Assembly (NCBI GenBank): GCA_951406725.2
Contig: OX597822.1
Coordinates: 28,582,001 to 28,646,000, forward strand
Source: Octopus vulgaris
Lineage: Eukaryota
Reading direction: 5' to 3'
Length of the DNA: 64,000 nucleotides
The notes under the pieces were generated by a model. The model was not told the DNA's origin and ran no database searches. It saw nothing but the letters and a program-made list of their open reading frames with translations. This document shows, in pieces, positions 38,251-53,698 of the stretch. Position 1 is the first letter of the stretch. Every line of letters starts with the position of its first letter. A program made the position numbers and the translations under genes.

Positions 38251-40615
38251 GGTAGCAGCAGAGGCTGATTCCGTGTGATCGCCATGATATTCTTCTGGAT
38301 CTCTTTGGGTCTCTTCTGGATCTCTTTGGATAACCTGGTTAAGGAGAACTCCGTTGCTGGAGTTGTGTCTACATTCACAGTTATGTTGATTGCTTCGGTC
38401 CAGATGGAGGATATGTAAACGGAACCCTTTTCCCCTTAAATTTCATTTTTTTATGAAATCCCACGTTTTAGGCTATGGAGATTTCGATTCTACAGAAAAT
38501 TTTTCAAAACTCCGCAACTACAAACTTTGAATTTCCACCCCCTCCCCATTACTTCGTTTTTTGCACTTTTTCAGGAAATATATATTTTTTTTTGGCGAAA
38601 TACGTACAAAAATAAGGAGATTATGAATCTGAAAAATAAAACTCTTTGTAAAATTTCAATTATTTAAAAACAAAAAAAAGTATCCTCCCCCTCAAGCATG
38701 CTATTTACATGCTAGAAATAACAGCCAAATTCCAGCATTTATAGAGAGAAGGTCTTACAGCTGTTTCTAGGATATTAATTAATAATATCCCTTCTTCGGA
38801 GACGGTGTGAGAGGAAAGCTAAGTCATAGTTTAGATGTGATACAAAATAGAGAGTGAGGTGGAGGAAAGAAAATAGATGCAAGATATGTATGTGTATTGA
38901 ATTCGTAAATCCGTTTTATAGGCATAATGGTATATATGCAATATTCTAGTATCCTTTGAATAAAATCCAAAAGTCTAACAGGGTTTAATATGAGTCCTTC
39001 CAAATATAGAGTTTATAAGCAATGTAAGATTCCATTATGATTGAGATCCATCAGATTTTTAAACTTGGTCATTCCCAGTAGGAAATTTATATAGAGTTCT
39101 GCAGAGTCAAAGATTTCTGACTTAACTTTCATCTCACAGCGTCTCCGATGAAGGGATATTATTAATTAATAACCCAGAAACAGCTGTAAGACCTTCTATC
39201 TATAAATGCTCTAATATCTATACAGCATTTGTTTATCACATTACTCAAAACATTCTTATATACACACGCTGACATAGACACAACGTTGAACACTTTATTC
39301 GCAATATCACCGAATCTGGAACATAACTATAGTCTGTCTGTCTATAGCATTTATTCAGCATTACCTGATATATTTGGGTCTCAATGATACCATTATCTCT
39401 TACATGTGTGTGTGTGTGTGTGTTTGTTTGTCTGTGTTTGTCTCCCCATCATCGCTAGACAACAGACGTTGGTGGGTTTATGTCCCCGTAACTTAACGGT
39501 TCGGCAAAAGAGACCAATAGAATAAGTACTAGGCTTACAAAGACTAAGTCTTGGGGTCGATTTGTTCGACTAAAGGCGTTTTCCACCATGACCGCAGGCA
39601 AATGACTGAAATAATTCAAAGAAAGAAAAATAAACAAACAAACAAACAAATATATACATATATATATGTCCTGTCCGTGTTTATTGTATCGTCTTCTAAG
39701 AGTTATACGTTCTTGTCCATCTTGTCCATGTTGTATTTTTCTACATACCTTAACATATATTCCAGGCGCCCCGTACCCTCTTAACATTAATGTGAGCACA
39801 TATTCTTAATAATTGGTACGACTCTCTGTTTGTCTCTCTCTCTCTCTCATTTTTACTTGATCTGTCCCCTTCTCTCTCTCTTCTCTCTCCTCTCTTTTCT
39901 CTCTACTCATCCTCTTTTTCTCTTCTCTTTCCTCTGATTCTTTGGTCTAATCTTCCACTACCTTCCTATTTCTTTGTCTCGCTCTGCACTCACAGGTCAA
40001 TCTTCGACACCCATCCCTTCTCCTCTCTGATTCCTTCTTTCTCTCTCTTCTCTCTCTTTGTTGCGTTTGTCCCTCCTCTCTCTCTCTCCTCTCTCTCTCT
40101 CTTCCTTTGCTTCTCTTTCTTTTCTTTTCTCTCTTCTCTGTCACGTGACTGCTGGCTGAAATCTGCCTTTCAGCTTCTGACCATCGTCACGTTAACATCG
40201 TTGTTTTTCGACCGCCGCTATAAAGGCTCCTTCCAATGCGCCAGAGAAAAAATTTGTTTGCTTGTTATCAGTCGTAAGACACTTGTTGTTTTCACCGTTA
40301 ATGCTTCTGTATTTCATGTTTCTGTATTCCATTATTGTTTTTTATATCTGTCCCTTTTGCTGTCCTGGTGTTCGTATGCATTCGATCCTTCTTCCAGGAA
40401 ATCTACGCTTCCAGCTTAGTTTTTCTAATGCTCGTTGCTTAGTTTTTCTTGGAGGGCTGGCCGTGATCTAGTAATCTCAAGATTAATCAGCCGAAATTAC
40501 TACGATGATCCGGTTCTTGACTGAAGACTGAGGGTTTCGAATGTCCTGTCCGTGTTTATTGTATCGTCTTCTAAGAGTTATACGTTCTTGTCCATGTTGT
40601 ATTTTTCTACATACC

Positions 40616-40685
<70 letters not shown>

Positions 40686-41434
40686 TTCGGCAAAATTTAG
40701 ATTCAGATGAATATGGTACTTAAGTCAAAGGCACCAGAATTTTATATGATATTATTCTTAAAAATCAAATGGGGTGTTTATAATCAAAATAAGCAACAAG
40801 TATATCCGGGGTAGAGTAGTACAATTGTTTCATGCTACTTCATTTTATTAAACACTGTAAGTATTACATCAGTTTTTAAATGTCGAGCAGTCTTCAGCCA
40901 TTTATAGAATTTTCCAGTAAAACGGACCATGCATATTTTTATCCCTATTTCATTTGCCAACATTATAAAGAGGGTAGATATATAGACAGAGAGGTTGATT
41001 TTATTCTTAAGAACATGATAGCAGTATATTCACTCTCTGACTGTAGATTTTATCATTGAGTTCACTTTGTTATTTAGATCTGTCAGTGGGGAGGGGGATT
41101 TTATTTTTGGTTTGATGGAGACAAAGAACTTTTTCTATTTATAGATATAGGAAGGGATAGTACAAATTTCAAAACCATAAACCTATTCCCATTTTGAGGA
41201 ATTCAGTTTAGATACATTTGAATGTATTATAGCAAAAAGCTAGTAGGTTGAAGTTAGAGGGATAGGGGAACATAGACTACTAGTGCTCTAGAGGTTTTAA
41301 TGTCCCTTACCATTTAACAACCAGATTCCATATTAAGAAATTTAAGAAAATATTCTTTAGATAATTTTCTAAAGAATTTCAATAAATATTAGTATCCTAT
41401 ATAGGGATAGAAAATATAGAAATCATTTCATATT

Positions 41435-41501
<67 letters not shown>

Positions 41502-42792
41502 ACTTCTATTAATATATTATCATAATTATCTAGTAAATGGTGATTTATTATTGAGTTGAATTAAAAGAAAATGTTATACATAATATTTACTAACTGTGGG
41601 GAAAAACTTTATCAATTTAATAAATATATCAGGAGTCAATAAGATATATTAAAAATTATGGAAGGGAGGCAATCGAGATGAACCAAGTAATTTCTCGAGA
41701 TATATAGAATTTTTTCAATTATTTCATATTTATATATCTTCATTTCTATTGATATATAAACATAATTTGCTAGTAAATGGTGATTTGTTTTATTAATGAG
41801 TCGAATTCAAAGAATATGTTATACATAATATTTACTGACTGTGGTGAAAAACATTATCAGTTTAATAAATATATCAGGAGTCAATGAGATGTATTAAAAA
41901 GTAATGGAAGAGGGGTTATCAAGAAGAACCAAGTAATTTCCCTAGATATATAGAATATGTTTCCATCCTATATAGGAGAGTATCGAAAAAATTCTAATTT
42001 CATTATATTCAGATTTATAGATATAATAAAATTTCTTAGTAATCTATGCAGGTTAAATAAAAGCTAGTATGGTATATTCATTTTTTATCATCTAACATTA
42101 TCATCTAACAATGAAATTTTTAATTCTCACTCAAATCATTATAATGTTGCTTTATCTGGAGCTGGATACGACAAGGAAATCACCTTCCTAGATCTTGATA
42201 ATATAAGTCTTTCAAATGAATAAATGAATGAAAATAGCGGAAATAATATAGAATCTTCTATTTTTAAAAATATATAAATCAATTGAAACGATTGACCTAG
42301 TATATAAACCTGATACAATAATTAGAAATGGTAAACAGATCATAAATAAGTATAAAAAGTTTAAGCTAGATAAAATAAATATAAATAATAATGTAAAAAT
42401 ATCTCCCACAGAGAAAAATCCTAATAAACATATATATATAAGACTAAAGAGAATAACGAATCTCTAAAGGATATAGATATCATTAATCTTTCCACCATTA
42501 CTCAAATAAAAATAATTCAAAAGAAAAAATGTTGTATGGTAAATATCCCCTTTAACTGTACGATTTCTACGAACATATAAGGCAAATTTAAGTCGATTTA
42601 TACCAGAAAAAAACTTCCCTACTTCCCATAAATATTATAAAATAATTTCAAATAAATCAGTAAGAATATCATACTCTACTCTTCCAAATATGGGTACCAT
42701 AAGAGCTAGACTAAATAGAAAAAATATCAAGTTAGCTAGAAATGGAATAAATAGTAACAACATCAACAATAATAATAATAATAATAATAAAG

Positions 42793-42904
<112 letters not shown>

Positions 42905-45900
42905 GGAAGAGCGCCTGCCTTGACAGCGGCTGGACGTGTTCCTCACTGCTCTGACAGTTCGGTGGCTGAAAGCCATAGAAACACTAATATGGGCCAGTTT
43001 AGCAACGGGGAAAAATAACTCTCAAAGACTGGAACATCTACAATACCTCGTGAGTATTTGAAATTCTCTTCAAAGTGTGTTAAGAAATTTACAAATTTAC
43101 ATATCTGCAGCTTTCAAACATACATCCGATCGGCTTTAAAAACCTTTGATACCCACAACTGCCTCTGTAAGCACCCTTTTTTTTTTCTTCTCTCTAAAAA
43201 CATCACGCTTTTCTTTTTGTGGACTTGCAAAACCCTAAAACTTTCTATGAAAATCTGACTTTTCTTTGCTTCCTCCCAGAATATTCAAATATAAAGGTAA
43301 ACATATACTCTTTATTGCAAAAACACACCTGTTCTTCTAACTGCACATACAAACATCTCTAGAGGGGTCAACTTCAACCTCCACAATATTACCTTGCACG
43401 AAATATACAAACACTTTTTATTGCAATAATACAAACGCACATGGAAAAAATAATGATGCTAAGATTCTCTCTGGTCGAACACAGCTTCTCTATTCACAAA
43501 TAATACAGAACAGCCCTTCAAAATAAGCACGAAATATACAAACACTTTTTATTGCAATAACACAAACGCACATGAAAAAAATAATGATGCTAAGATTCTC
43601 TCTGGTCGAACACAGCTTCTCTATTCACAAATAATACAGAACAGCCCTTCAAAATAAGCACGAAATATACAAACACTTTTTATTGCAATAACACAAACGC
43701 ACATGGAAAAAATGATGATGCTAAGATTCTCTCTGGTTGAACACAACTTCTCTATTCACAAACAATACAGAACAGCCCTTCCTTAATTTTTCTTAAGCCT
43801 AATAGTAGTAAACATCTGAACTTTTTTTGACCGATAGGACAAAAAAAAAAAATCACTGATGGTGATAGTGATGATGATGATGATGATGATGATAAAAATG
43901 ATAGTAATAGTGCTGATAATCTATCTATTTGTCTACACGCACACACACTCAAAGAGTTCAACCAACACAAAGAAAGTATTATTTGACAGGCAAGAACTCT
44001 GGTGTTGAAGACAGTCAGCCAGCCAACCACCAAGCCAGCCAACGAGACAGACAGACACTACTGTGATGGTGATAATGATAAAAAAACAAAAATAACAATA
44101 ATAAGATACTGCTGTGACTACACATAAAACAATATCATTGATGATGATGGTGGTGATGGTGATGGTGATGATGATAATGATGATGTTAATGGTGGTGATA
44201 ATGATGATAGTGATGGTAATGGTGATGATAATAACAATAACAAGCCGACTACGGCTGCTATAATGGTACGATTATAATAGTAACGGCAATGATGGCCGTC
44301 TCCCCACGAGCCAATCAAAGCTCAAAAATGATAACATTATCGTAGCACCAAAATGTTTCTAGAAACTAAAAGGAAAACTAAATCAGTATACCAAATCGCT
44401 TGTCCTATGGTTAATCTGGAAGTGCGTCCCCCAGGGAAGAACCAGCCTGGGATCGAAAAGTCATCAACTGGCACAAACTCTTCAACGAATACGGACATGG
44501 ATGGTCACTTGAACGGGAAATCCCCCAACTCGAGCCCTCCAAGTTCACCACCACAACCACCACAGAAAGAAAAATGTAAGCGGAACAAATGGACCCGAGA
44601 AGAGTATAAAGAAGTAATATACGCTTATTACTATGCATTAGGTAGGCCATCTCAAGAGAGACACACCGCAAACTCTTACAGTATATGGAGAACACGGAAT
44701 CAAGACAGTAGGCCCTATTTGGACAAGAACAAATTAGCAAATGTGAGGAGGGATATCCTTAGAAATAACAGACTCACAGACAGTGAAAAAAGCGCGATCA
44801 AGCACGCAACGGAAAATGACATAAATATAAGACACAAAGGAAATGAAGAATCAGATGAACAGTATAGCCCGCCACGAGGCTTAATTGAAAGACTGCCATC
44901 TGACCAAAGTACGCAAAGGCCTGAAGATACAAGAAATTCTATTGTACCTGTTAAAGATAGCCAGGAAAACGAAGAAACAACAGTAACTGAAGATCTCGCA
45001 TTTGCTGAAGAACACAGAGAGTCTATGGCAGAAATGAGGCAGAAAATCCTGAATACGCTTGAAGTTGTAAGACATACAAGTATGAATGATAGAGAACCAC
45101 TTCATAAACTCTTAAATACAAACCAAAATAAAAAACAAATCCAAATTGGCAACTATGTAACAAATGAAATAATACGAGAATTAAAATCTGATTTTACTGA
45201 GTTAAATGAAATTATTTACGCTTCTGCTAGGGCAATTGAAACCAGCAGTATGTCCCCGAAAAAACAAAGAAAACCAAACCTGGGAAGAAATCAAACCTGG
45301 AGAAGTAAAATTGAAAAAGAGATTGAATTTATGAGAGGGGAAATATCAATATTAAATGAACTAATATGTGGAAATGATGTAAGATCCAGAACAGGAAGAA
45401 AGATGAAGAGAAAATTTGGATCCTCACCAAGAGAAGAAGTGATATCAATAAAAGAAACGCTGAAACAAAAAGTCCAAGCAAAAGCCCAAAGAATACGAAG
45501 ATTTGAGAAGAGAAACAAGTTTTACAAGCAAAATAAGCTGTTCACATCCAATGCCAAAAATTCTACAGAGAAATAGGGAAGGAGAAAGTAACCGTTAAAG
45601 ATCCCCCTCCCATGGAAGAAGTTCAAAACTTTTGGAAAAGGATTTGGAGTGACAAGAAGACGCACAACATAAATGCAGACTGGATTATACAATCTGAAGG
45701 ATCCTACCAAAATTTACAACAACAAGCATGGGAAGACATCACAATAGCAGACCTAAGAAAGGCACTCACGATGGCCCATAATTGGAAATCCCCCGGTAAA
45801 GATAGGGTGCCGAATTTCTGGCTCGCATCGCTCCCATGCGCACACGGTAAGCTAGTTCAGCTGCTCAATGGAATTATGAGAGACCCAAAGAAAACACCTG

Positions 45901-47287
45901 AATGGTTAGCAAGTTGCATTACTTACCTACTCCCAAAGAATAACGAAACCAACCTTCCAAAAAACTATCGGCCTATAACCTGTCTATCCACCACGTAAAA
46001 AAATCCTAACATCTATCCTGGCGGAGAAAACATATGCATTCATGGAGAAGAACGATATTTTCCCCATAGAACAAAAAGGGTGGCGCCGAGGCTCTTACGG
46101 ATGAAAAGATCAACTGCTAATCAATCGTATGATTCTTGAGAACTGTCACAACAAGCGCAGAAATCTCAGCTCCGCATGGATTGACTACAAAAAGGCCTTC
46201 GACAGTATACCGCATCCATGGATCTTGAGATCGCTGGACATCTTCAAAATTTCCCCTGTGATTTCAAACTTCCTGAAGCACAATATGTCGTTGTGGAATA
46301 CGAATCTCCAATTATACCACTCTAATGGAGTACTTGCCTCAGAAAATATAAACATCAACTGTGGAATTTTTCAAGGTGACTCACTTTCACCTTTAATATT
46401 CTGCATAGCCCTAATACCCTTACAAGTGAATTAAACAGAACAGGGTATGGGTATAAAATTGCCAATGAAAAAATAAGCCATCTATTTTATATGGATGACT
46501 TAAAACTTTATGGTAAAGACAATAATGAACTTGAAGGCCTATTGCGCACCGTGAAAACATTCAGCGAAGACATCGGGATTGAGTTCGGACTTGAGAAGTG
46601 TGCCAAGGCCACTTTCCAGAAAGGGAAAGTGAAGACCACAAATTCAGTCGTGTTAGATGTTGACTCAGTCATAAGAGAGCTTGAGCAAGAACAAACATAC
46701 AAATATTTAGGGATAAATGAAGGCTCTGGTATTCAGCATGCAAGCATGAAAGAGAAAATCAGGAAGGAATGTTATAGGAGAGTTCGTGCAGTCCTGAAAT
46801 CTGAACTAAATGCACGTAACAAGGTGTTAGCTATAAATTCCTTTCATCCTGGCTGCTCAAGATCAAAGCCTATTAACCCGGAACTACCAGGCCAATGTGA
46901 TGAAAAATGGAGCAGACCCAAAATGCCGATTCTGCAACGACATGATTAAAACAGTGGACCACCTAATCTCTGGATGTAAAGTCTTAGCACCAGTGGAGTA
47001 TAAATTAAGACATGACAGAGTTGGCCAATATCTACACTGGCTAATAAGTCGGCATTACAGACCGAACCATCAAGGCCAATAAACCAGATATTATTGTGAA
47101 AGACCAAAACAATAAAGTTTGCTTATTGATCGACATGAGCATCCCCTGTGATCATAATATCTCAGCGAAAGAGTTTGACAAGCTCAAAAAATATAAAGTC
47201 CTACTCATTGAAATTGAGAAAATGTGGCATCTCAAGGCGGTTACAATACTAGTGATCGTAGGAGCACTAGGATTGATCAAGAAGGGC
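42905..47287 (+). mobile_element. R4/Dong-like retrotransposon, left arm in unit 2
   Basis: ORFs 44353-45576, 45612-45998, 46129-46434, 46491-46949, 46897-47082 and 47096-47305. Copy of 13206-17596. Confidence 0.88.
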
Positions 47288-48716
47288 AAGTGTCTTCTAC
47301 TATAGCTTCGGGCCGACCCAAGCCTTGTGAGTGGATTTGTTAGACGGAAACTGAAAAAAGCCCGTCGTATATATGTATATATATATATGTGTGCGTGTAT
47401 GTTTCTGTGTCTTTGTTTGTTCCGATAGTATTGCTTGGCAACCGATGCTGTTGTGTTTATGTCCCCGTCACTTAGCGGTGTGGCAAAAGATAACGATAGA
47501 ATAAGTACTGAGCTTACAAAGAATAAGTCCCGGTGTCGAGTTGCTCGAGTAAAGGCGGTGCTCCAGCATGGCCGCAGTCAAATGACTGGAACAAGTAAAA
47601 GAGTACCCATAGAGTGATACGTAATACCATAGATGGAACAGATGATATTCTGCTTTTAGCAAGCATAGGGTTAATACCATTAAGTATTATTGCAACAATT
47701 ACATTATATGCACGTGACCTACCAATATTAGGCTTCACGAAATATTCTCTTTATATGTAACGAGTCCTCTGATTTGAAGTCAGTGTTTTATGTGCCGCCT
47801 ACGAAGCTCTCGGCCTTTGAGTAACTTTTGTAACATTCTTGCGATTAAAATTAAAAAAGATGATATATTCATATACTGAATTATGTTTCTCTTGTTTGTT
47901 CAATCAGAAATTTATTTATTTATTTATTTATTCATGTATGCATGTAAAGTGTGAACGTTAAGTCTACATACATGAGCGAAAATAATATTATTCAATAATA
48001 TTATTGAACTTCATTAAAGAATAACATTGTCAACATGATTTTCATCTGTGATTTTCACTGAGTACACCTTCTCCATCATACGTCAGAAAAAGACGTGAAA
48101 CGAACTAATATCTGATGAGCGACGAAACCCACTCTACACAGTCATTATTAGCGATATTAATGAGTAAGTCATGTTTCCCTTGTGTATAGACTTCATGCTT
48201 GCCCTGTATCTTTGTATGTATGTATGTGCTGGTGTGTGTGTGTGTGTGCGTGTGTGTTGGTATAGATGTTTAGGTCTATAAGTGGATATGTATGGACGTG
48301 TATGCATAAAGTTTTACGAATACTCTCACACACACAAACACACACATATATGTATTTTTCATGCATATATGATCGTACATACGGTCACTGGTATACACAC
48401 AGAAGAAGAGAGTCAAATGCAAATGCAAAATGGTCGATATTGGGAGCAATCGGTAGCTAAGTGAAAGGAAATATGAAAGAACCAATAGAGTAATATTGAT
48501 TCCAAATTTTGGTAAAAAGGTAACAATTTCCGAGGAGGGGTCGTGACGGATTTTGAACTGTGAATGTAAAGACGGATGAAATGCTGCGAAGTATTTTGCC
48601 TTGTGTGCTAATGGTTCTGCCAGCTCGTTGCCTTGACGGATAGATTAATATCAATATGTACTAAGGTTTATCAAGTAAATCTTCAATAGATGGACTTTTG
48701 TGAAAATCCGTTCCAA

Positions 48717-51700
48717 GCTCAAGCTCTCTTATGACTGTGTCAACATCTAACACGACTGAATTTGTGGTCTTCACTTTCCCTTTCTGGAAAGTGGCCTTGG
48801 CACACTTCTCAAGTCCAAACTCAATCCCGATGTCATCGCTGAATGCTTTCACAGTGCGCAATAGGCCTTCAAGCTCATCATTGTCTTTACCATAGAGCTT
48901 TAAGTCATCCATATAAAATAGATGGCTTGTTTTTTTATTGGCAATTTTATACCCATACCCTGTTCTGTTTAATTCACTTGTAAGGGGTATTAGGGCTATG
49001 CAGAATATTAAAGGTGAAAGTGAGTCACCTTGAAAAATTCCACAGTTGATGTTTATATTTTCTGAGGCAAGTACTCCATTAGAGTGGTATAATTGGAGAT
49101 TCGTATTCCACAACAACATATTGTGCTTCAGAAAGTTTGAAATCACAGGGGAAATTTTGAAGATGTCCAGCGATCTCAAGATCCATGGATGCGGTATACT
49201 GTCGAAGGCCTTTTTATAGTCAATCCATGCGGAGCTGAGATTTCTGCGCTTGTTGTGACGGTTCTCAAGGACCATACGATTGATTAGCAGTTGATCTTTT
49301 CATCCGTATGAGCCTCGGCGGCACCCTTTTTGTTCAATGGAGAAAATATCGTTCTTCTCCATGAATGCATATGTTTCCTCCGCCAGGATAAATGTTAGGA
49401 TTTTATACGTGGTGGATAGACAGGTTATAGGCCGATAGTTTTTTGGAAGGTTGGTTTCGTTATTCTTTGGGAGTAGGTAAGTAATACCACTTGCTAACCA
49501 TTCAGGTGTTTTCTTTGGGTCTCTCATAATTCCATTGAGCAGCTGAACTAGCTTACCGTGTGCGCATGGGAGCGATGCGAGCCAGAAATTCGGCACCCTA
49601 TCTTTACCGGGGGATTTCCAATTATGGGCCTTCGTGAGTGCCTTTCTTAGGTCTGCTATTGTGATGTCTTCCCATGCTTGTTGTTGTAAATTTTGGTAGG
49701 ATCCTTCAGATTGTATAATCCAGTCTGAATTTATGTTGTACGTCTTCTTGTCACTCCAAATCCTTTTCCAAAAGTTTTGAACTTCTTCCATGGGAGGGGG
49801 GTCTTTAACGGTTACTTTCTCCTTCCCTATTTCTCTGTAGAATTTTTTGGCATTGGATGTGAACAGCTTATTTTGCTTGTAAAACTTGTTTCTCTTCTCA
49901 AATCTTCGTATTCTTTGGGCTTTTGCTTGAACTTTTTGTTTCAGCGTTTCTTTTATTGATATCAGTTCTTCTCTTGGTGAGGATCCAAATTTTCTCTTCA
50001 TCTTTCTTCCTGTTCTGGATATTACATCATTTCCACATATTAGTTCATTTAATATTGATATTTCCCCTCTCATAAATTCAATCTCTTTTTCAATTTTACT
50101 TCTCCAGGTTTGATTTCTTCCCAGGTTTGGTTTTCTTTGTTTTTTCGGGCACATACAGCTGGTTTCAATTGCCCTAGCAGAAGCGTAAATAATTTTCTTT
50201 AACTCAGTAAAATCAGGTTTTAATTCTTGTATTATTTCATTTGTAACATAGTTGCCAATTTGGATTTGTTTTTTATTTTGGTTTGTATTTGAGAGTTTAT
50301 GAAGTGGTTCTCTATCATTCATACCTGTATGTCTTACAACTTCAAACGTATTCAGGATTTTCTGCCTCATTTCTGCCATAGACTCTCTGTGTTCTTCAGC
50401 AAATGCGAGATCTTCAGTTACTGTTATTTTATCATTTTCCTGGCTATCTTTAACAGGTACAATAGAATTTCTTGTATCTTCAGGCCTTTGCGTACTTTGG
50501 TCATATGGCAGTCTTTCAATTAAGCCTCGTAGCGGGCTATACTGTTCATCTGATTCTTCATTTCCTTTGTGTCTTATATTTATGTCATTTTCCGTTGCGT
50601 GCTTGATCGCGCTTTTTACACTGTCTGTGAGTCTGTTATTTCTAAGGATATCCCTCCTCACATTTGCCAATTTGTTCTCGTCCAAATAGGGCCTACTGTC
50701 TTGATTCCGTGTTCTCCATATACTGTATGAGTTTGCGGTGTGTCTCTCTTGAGATGGCCTACCTAATGCATAGTAATAAGCGTATATTACTTCTTTATAC
50801 TCTTCTCGGGTCCATTTGTTCCGCTTACATTTTTTCTTTCTGTGGTGGTTGTGGTGGTGAACTTGGAGGGCTCGAGTTGGGGGATTTCCCGTTCAAGTGA
50901 CCATCCATGTCCGTATTCGGAGAAGAGTTTGTGCCAGTTGATGACTTTTCGATCCCAGGCTGGCTCTTCCCTGGGGGACGCACTTCCAGATTAACCATAG
51001 GACAAGCGATTTGGTATACTGATTTAGTTTTCCTTTTACTTTCCAATTACATTTTGGTGCTACGATAATGTTATCATTTTTGAGCTTTGATTGGCTCGTG
51101 GGGAGACGGCCATCATTGCCGTTACTATTATAATCATACCATTATAGCAGCCGTAGTCGGCTTATTATTGTTATTATCATCACCATTATTATCACTATCA
51201 TCATTATCACCACCATTACCGTCATCATTATCATCATCACCATCACCATCATCATCATTATCATCAATGATATTGTTTTATGTGTAGTCACAGCAGTATC
51301 TTATTATTGTTATTTTTGTTTTTTATCATTATCACCATCACAGTAGTGTCTGTGTGTCTCGTTGGCTGGCTTGGTTGTTGGCTGGCTGGCTGTCTTCAAC
51401 GCCAGAGTTCTTGCCTGTCAAATAATACTTTCATATTTGGTTAACATCTAAAGAGCCGAGGTGAGGTTTGTGTTGGTTGAACTCTGTGAGTGTGTGTGTG
51501 TGTGTAGATAGATATATAGACAGATTATCAGCACTATTACTATCATTATTATCATCATCATCATCATCACCATCACCATCAGTGATTTTTTTTCAGGTGG
51601 GGTCTTATCGGTCAAAAAAAGTTCAAATGTTTACTACTACTTAAGAAAAATTAAGGAAGGGCTGTTCTGTATTGTTTGTGGATAGAGAAGTTGTGTTCGA

Positions 51701-52704
51701 CCAGAGAGAATCTTCGCATCATTATTTTTTTCCATGTGCGTTTGTGTTATTGCAATAAAAAGTGTTTGTATATTTCGTGTAAGTTAATATTATGGAGGTT
51801 GAAGTTGACTTTCTAGAGATGTTTGTATGTCCAGTTAGAAGAACAGGTGTGATTTGCAATAAAAAGTATATGTTTACATTTATATTTGAATATTCAGGGA
51901 GGAAGCAAAGAAAAGTCAGATTTTCATAGAACGTTTAAGGGTTTTGTAAGTCCACAAAAAGAAAAGCGTGCTGCTTTTAGAGAGAAGAAAACAAAGGATG
52001 TTTACAGAGGCAATTGTGGGTATTAAAGTTTTTGAAGCTGGTCGAATGTATGTTTGAAAACTGTAGATATGTAAATTTGTAAATTTCTTAACTTATTTTG
52101 AAGCGCTGTTCTGTATTATTTGTGAATAGAGAAGTTGTGTTCGACCAGAAAGAATCTTCGCATCATTATTTTTTTCGATGTGCGTTTGTGTTATTGCAAT
52201 AAAAAGTATTTGTATATTTCGTGTAAGTTAATATTATGGAGGTTGAAGTTGACTTTCTAGAGATGTTTGTATATCCAGTTAGAAGAACAGGTGTGTTTTT
52301 GCAATAAAAAGTATATGTTTACACTTATATTTGAATATTCAGGGAGGAAGCAGAGAAAAGTCAGATTTTCATAGAAAGTTTTAGTGTTTTGTAAGTCCAC
52401 AAAATGAAAAGCGTGATGTTTTTAGAGAGAAGAAAAAAAAAGGTGTTTACAGAGGCAGTTGTGGGTATTAAAGCTGATCGGATGTATGTTTGAAAGCTGT
52501 AGATATGTAAATTTGTAAATTTCTTAACTTATTTTGAAGAGAATTTTAAAAACTCACAAGATATTGTAGATGTTCCAGTCTTTGAGAGTTATCTTTCCCC
52601 GTTGCTAAACTGGGTCATTTTAGTGTTTCTATGGCTTTCGGCTACTGAATTGTCAGAGCTGTGAGGAATACGTCCAGGCGCTGTCAAGGCTGGCGCGCCA
52701 CTCT
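48717..52704 (-). mobile_element. R4/Dong-like retrotransposon, right arm in unit 2 (leader has a ~450-bp internal duplication)
   Basis: ORFs 50825-51046, 49300-50685 and 48661-49275. Copy of 19035-22582. Confidence 0.88.
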
Positions 52705-52706
52705 TA

Positions 52707-52741
<35 letters not shown>

Positions 52742-53338
52742 GAGTGAGAAAGCAGTGCATGCCATCAAAGTGACACTGGGGTAAAATATACGAAGCCCAA
52801 TATACCCATCATGACTACCCGTCTGATAAAGGTACACCAGGCACATGCATCACAACCATATGTGCGCGACATGGTGATCTCATATCAAGATAAACAGCAC
52901 ATGACCTTGCAGGTGGGGCCCAGTTAGAATTTTCTTCAGGTTGAGTAGCCCATCCCGCTCAAAAGGTCCCTGAATAAGGGTTGTTTAAGGATGTTGAAAG
53001 AACCACCCATGTTTCCAGAGGTGAACTATTCAAACCCCAAAGAATCCCTCTCAACACATGGCTATGATGCTCCCCCACTACTTCTGCTCGTGATCAGAGA
53101 TGCACATATCGTCAGCCACTAAGGGACATGCTCAACTGGTTAAGGTCAAACAACTGACAAGCAAATCTGTGGTATTAAGCAGAATATTTGCTGTAGCCCA
53201 TCTTTTATACCAAGACAAAACAATGTACATGATAACACTTCCAATCAGTTAAGATCAGAAGCCATGAGAGCCACTGCCTGGTACTGCATCAGGGCATTTA
53301 CTGCATCAGGGCATGGTACTGCATCAGGGCATTTACTG

Positions 53339-53340
<2 letters not shown>
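52742..53340 (-). mobile_element. ~600-bp non-coding element inserted in a (TAA)n microsatellite, unit 2 only
   Basis: Flanked by (TTA)n on both sides. The equivalent site in unit 1 (22583-22637) is an uninterrupted (TTA)n. One end carries about 3.5 tandem copies of actgcatcagggcat. Strand is inferred. Confidence 0.75.
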
Positions 53341-53405
<65 letters not shown>

Positions 53406-53407
53406 TA

Positions 53408-53698
53408 ACTAGTGAATACACTAATTTTTTATAAACTTGAGTGCTGAAATAATTTGGGCTAAACAAATATTCAGTTTATTTGGGTTTAAAAAAAGTAAAT
53501 TACACGGCTTTGAGTGGGCTCACTTGGACTTTAAATGATATGGACACTAAATATACCGTTGGGTATTCGAAATGTGATCTCTGCTTGGAAGAATCATTCC
53601 ATATCCTTACTTGTACTTTCAGATTATTTAATCCCAGAAACAAATTAGCAGTAAAATGCGCACATTTATTTAGAAAAGTTTTCATTATTTCCAAATAA
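53408..53698 (+). mobile_element. Penelope-like GIY-YIG remnant, unit 2 copy
   Basis: Same translation as 22712-22930. Confidence 0.7.
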
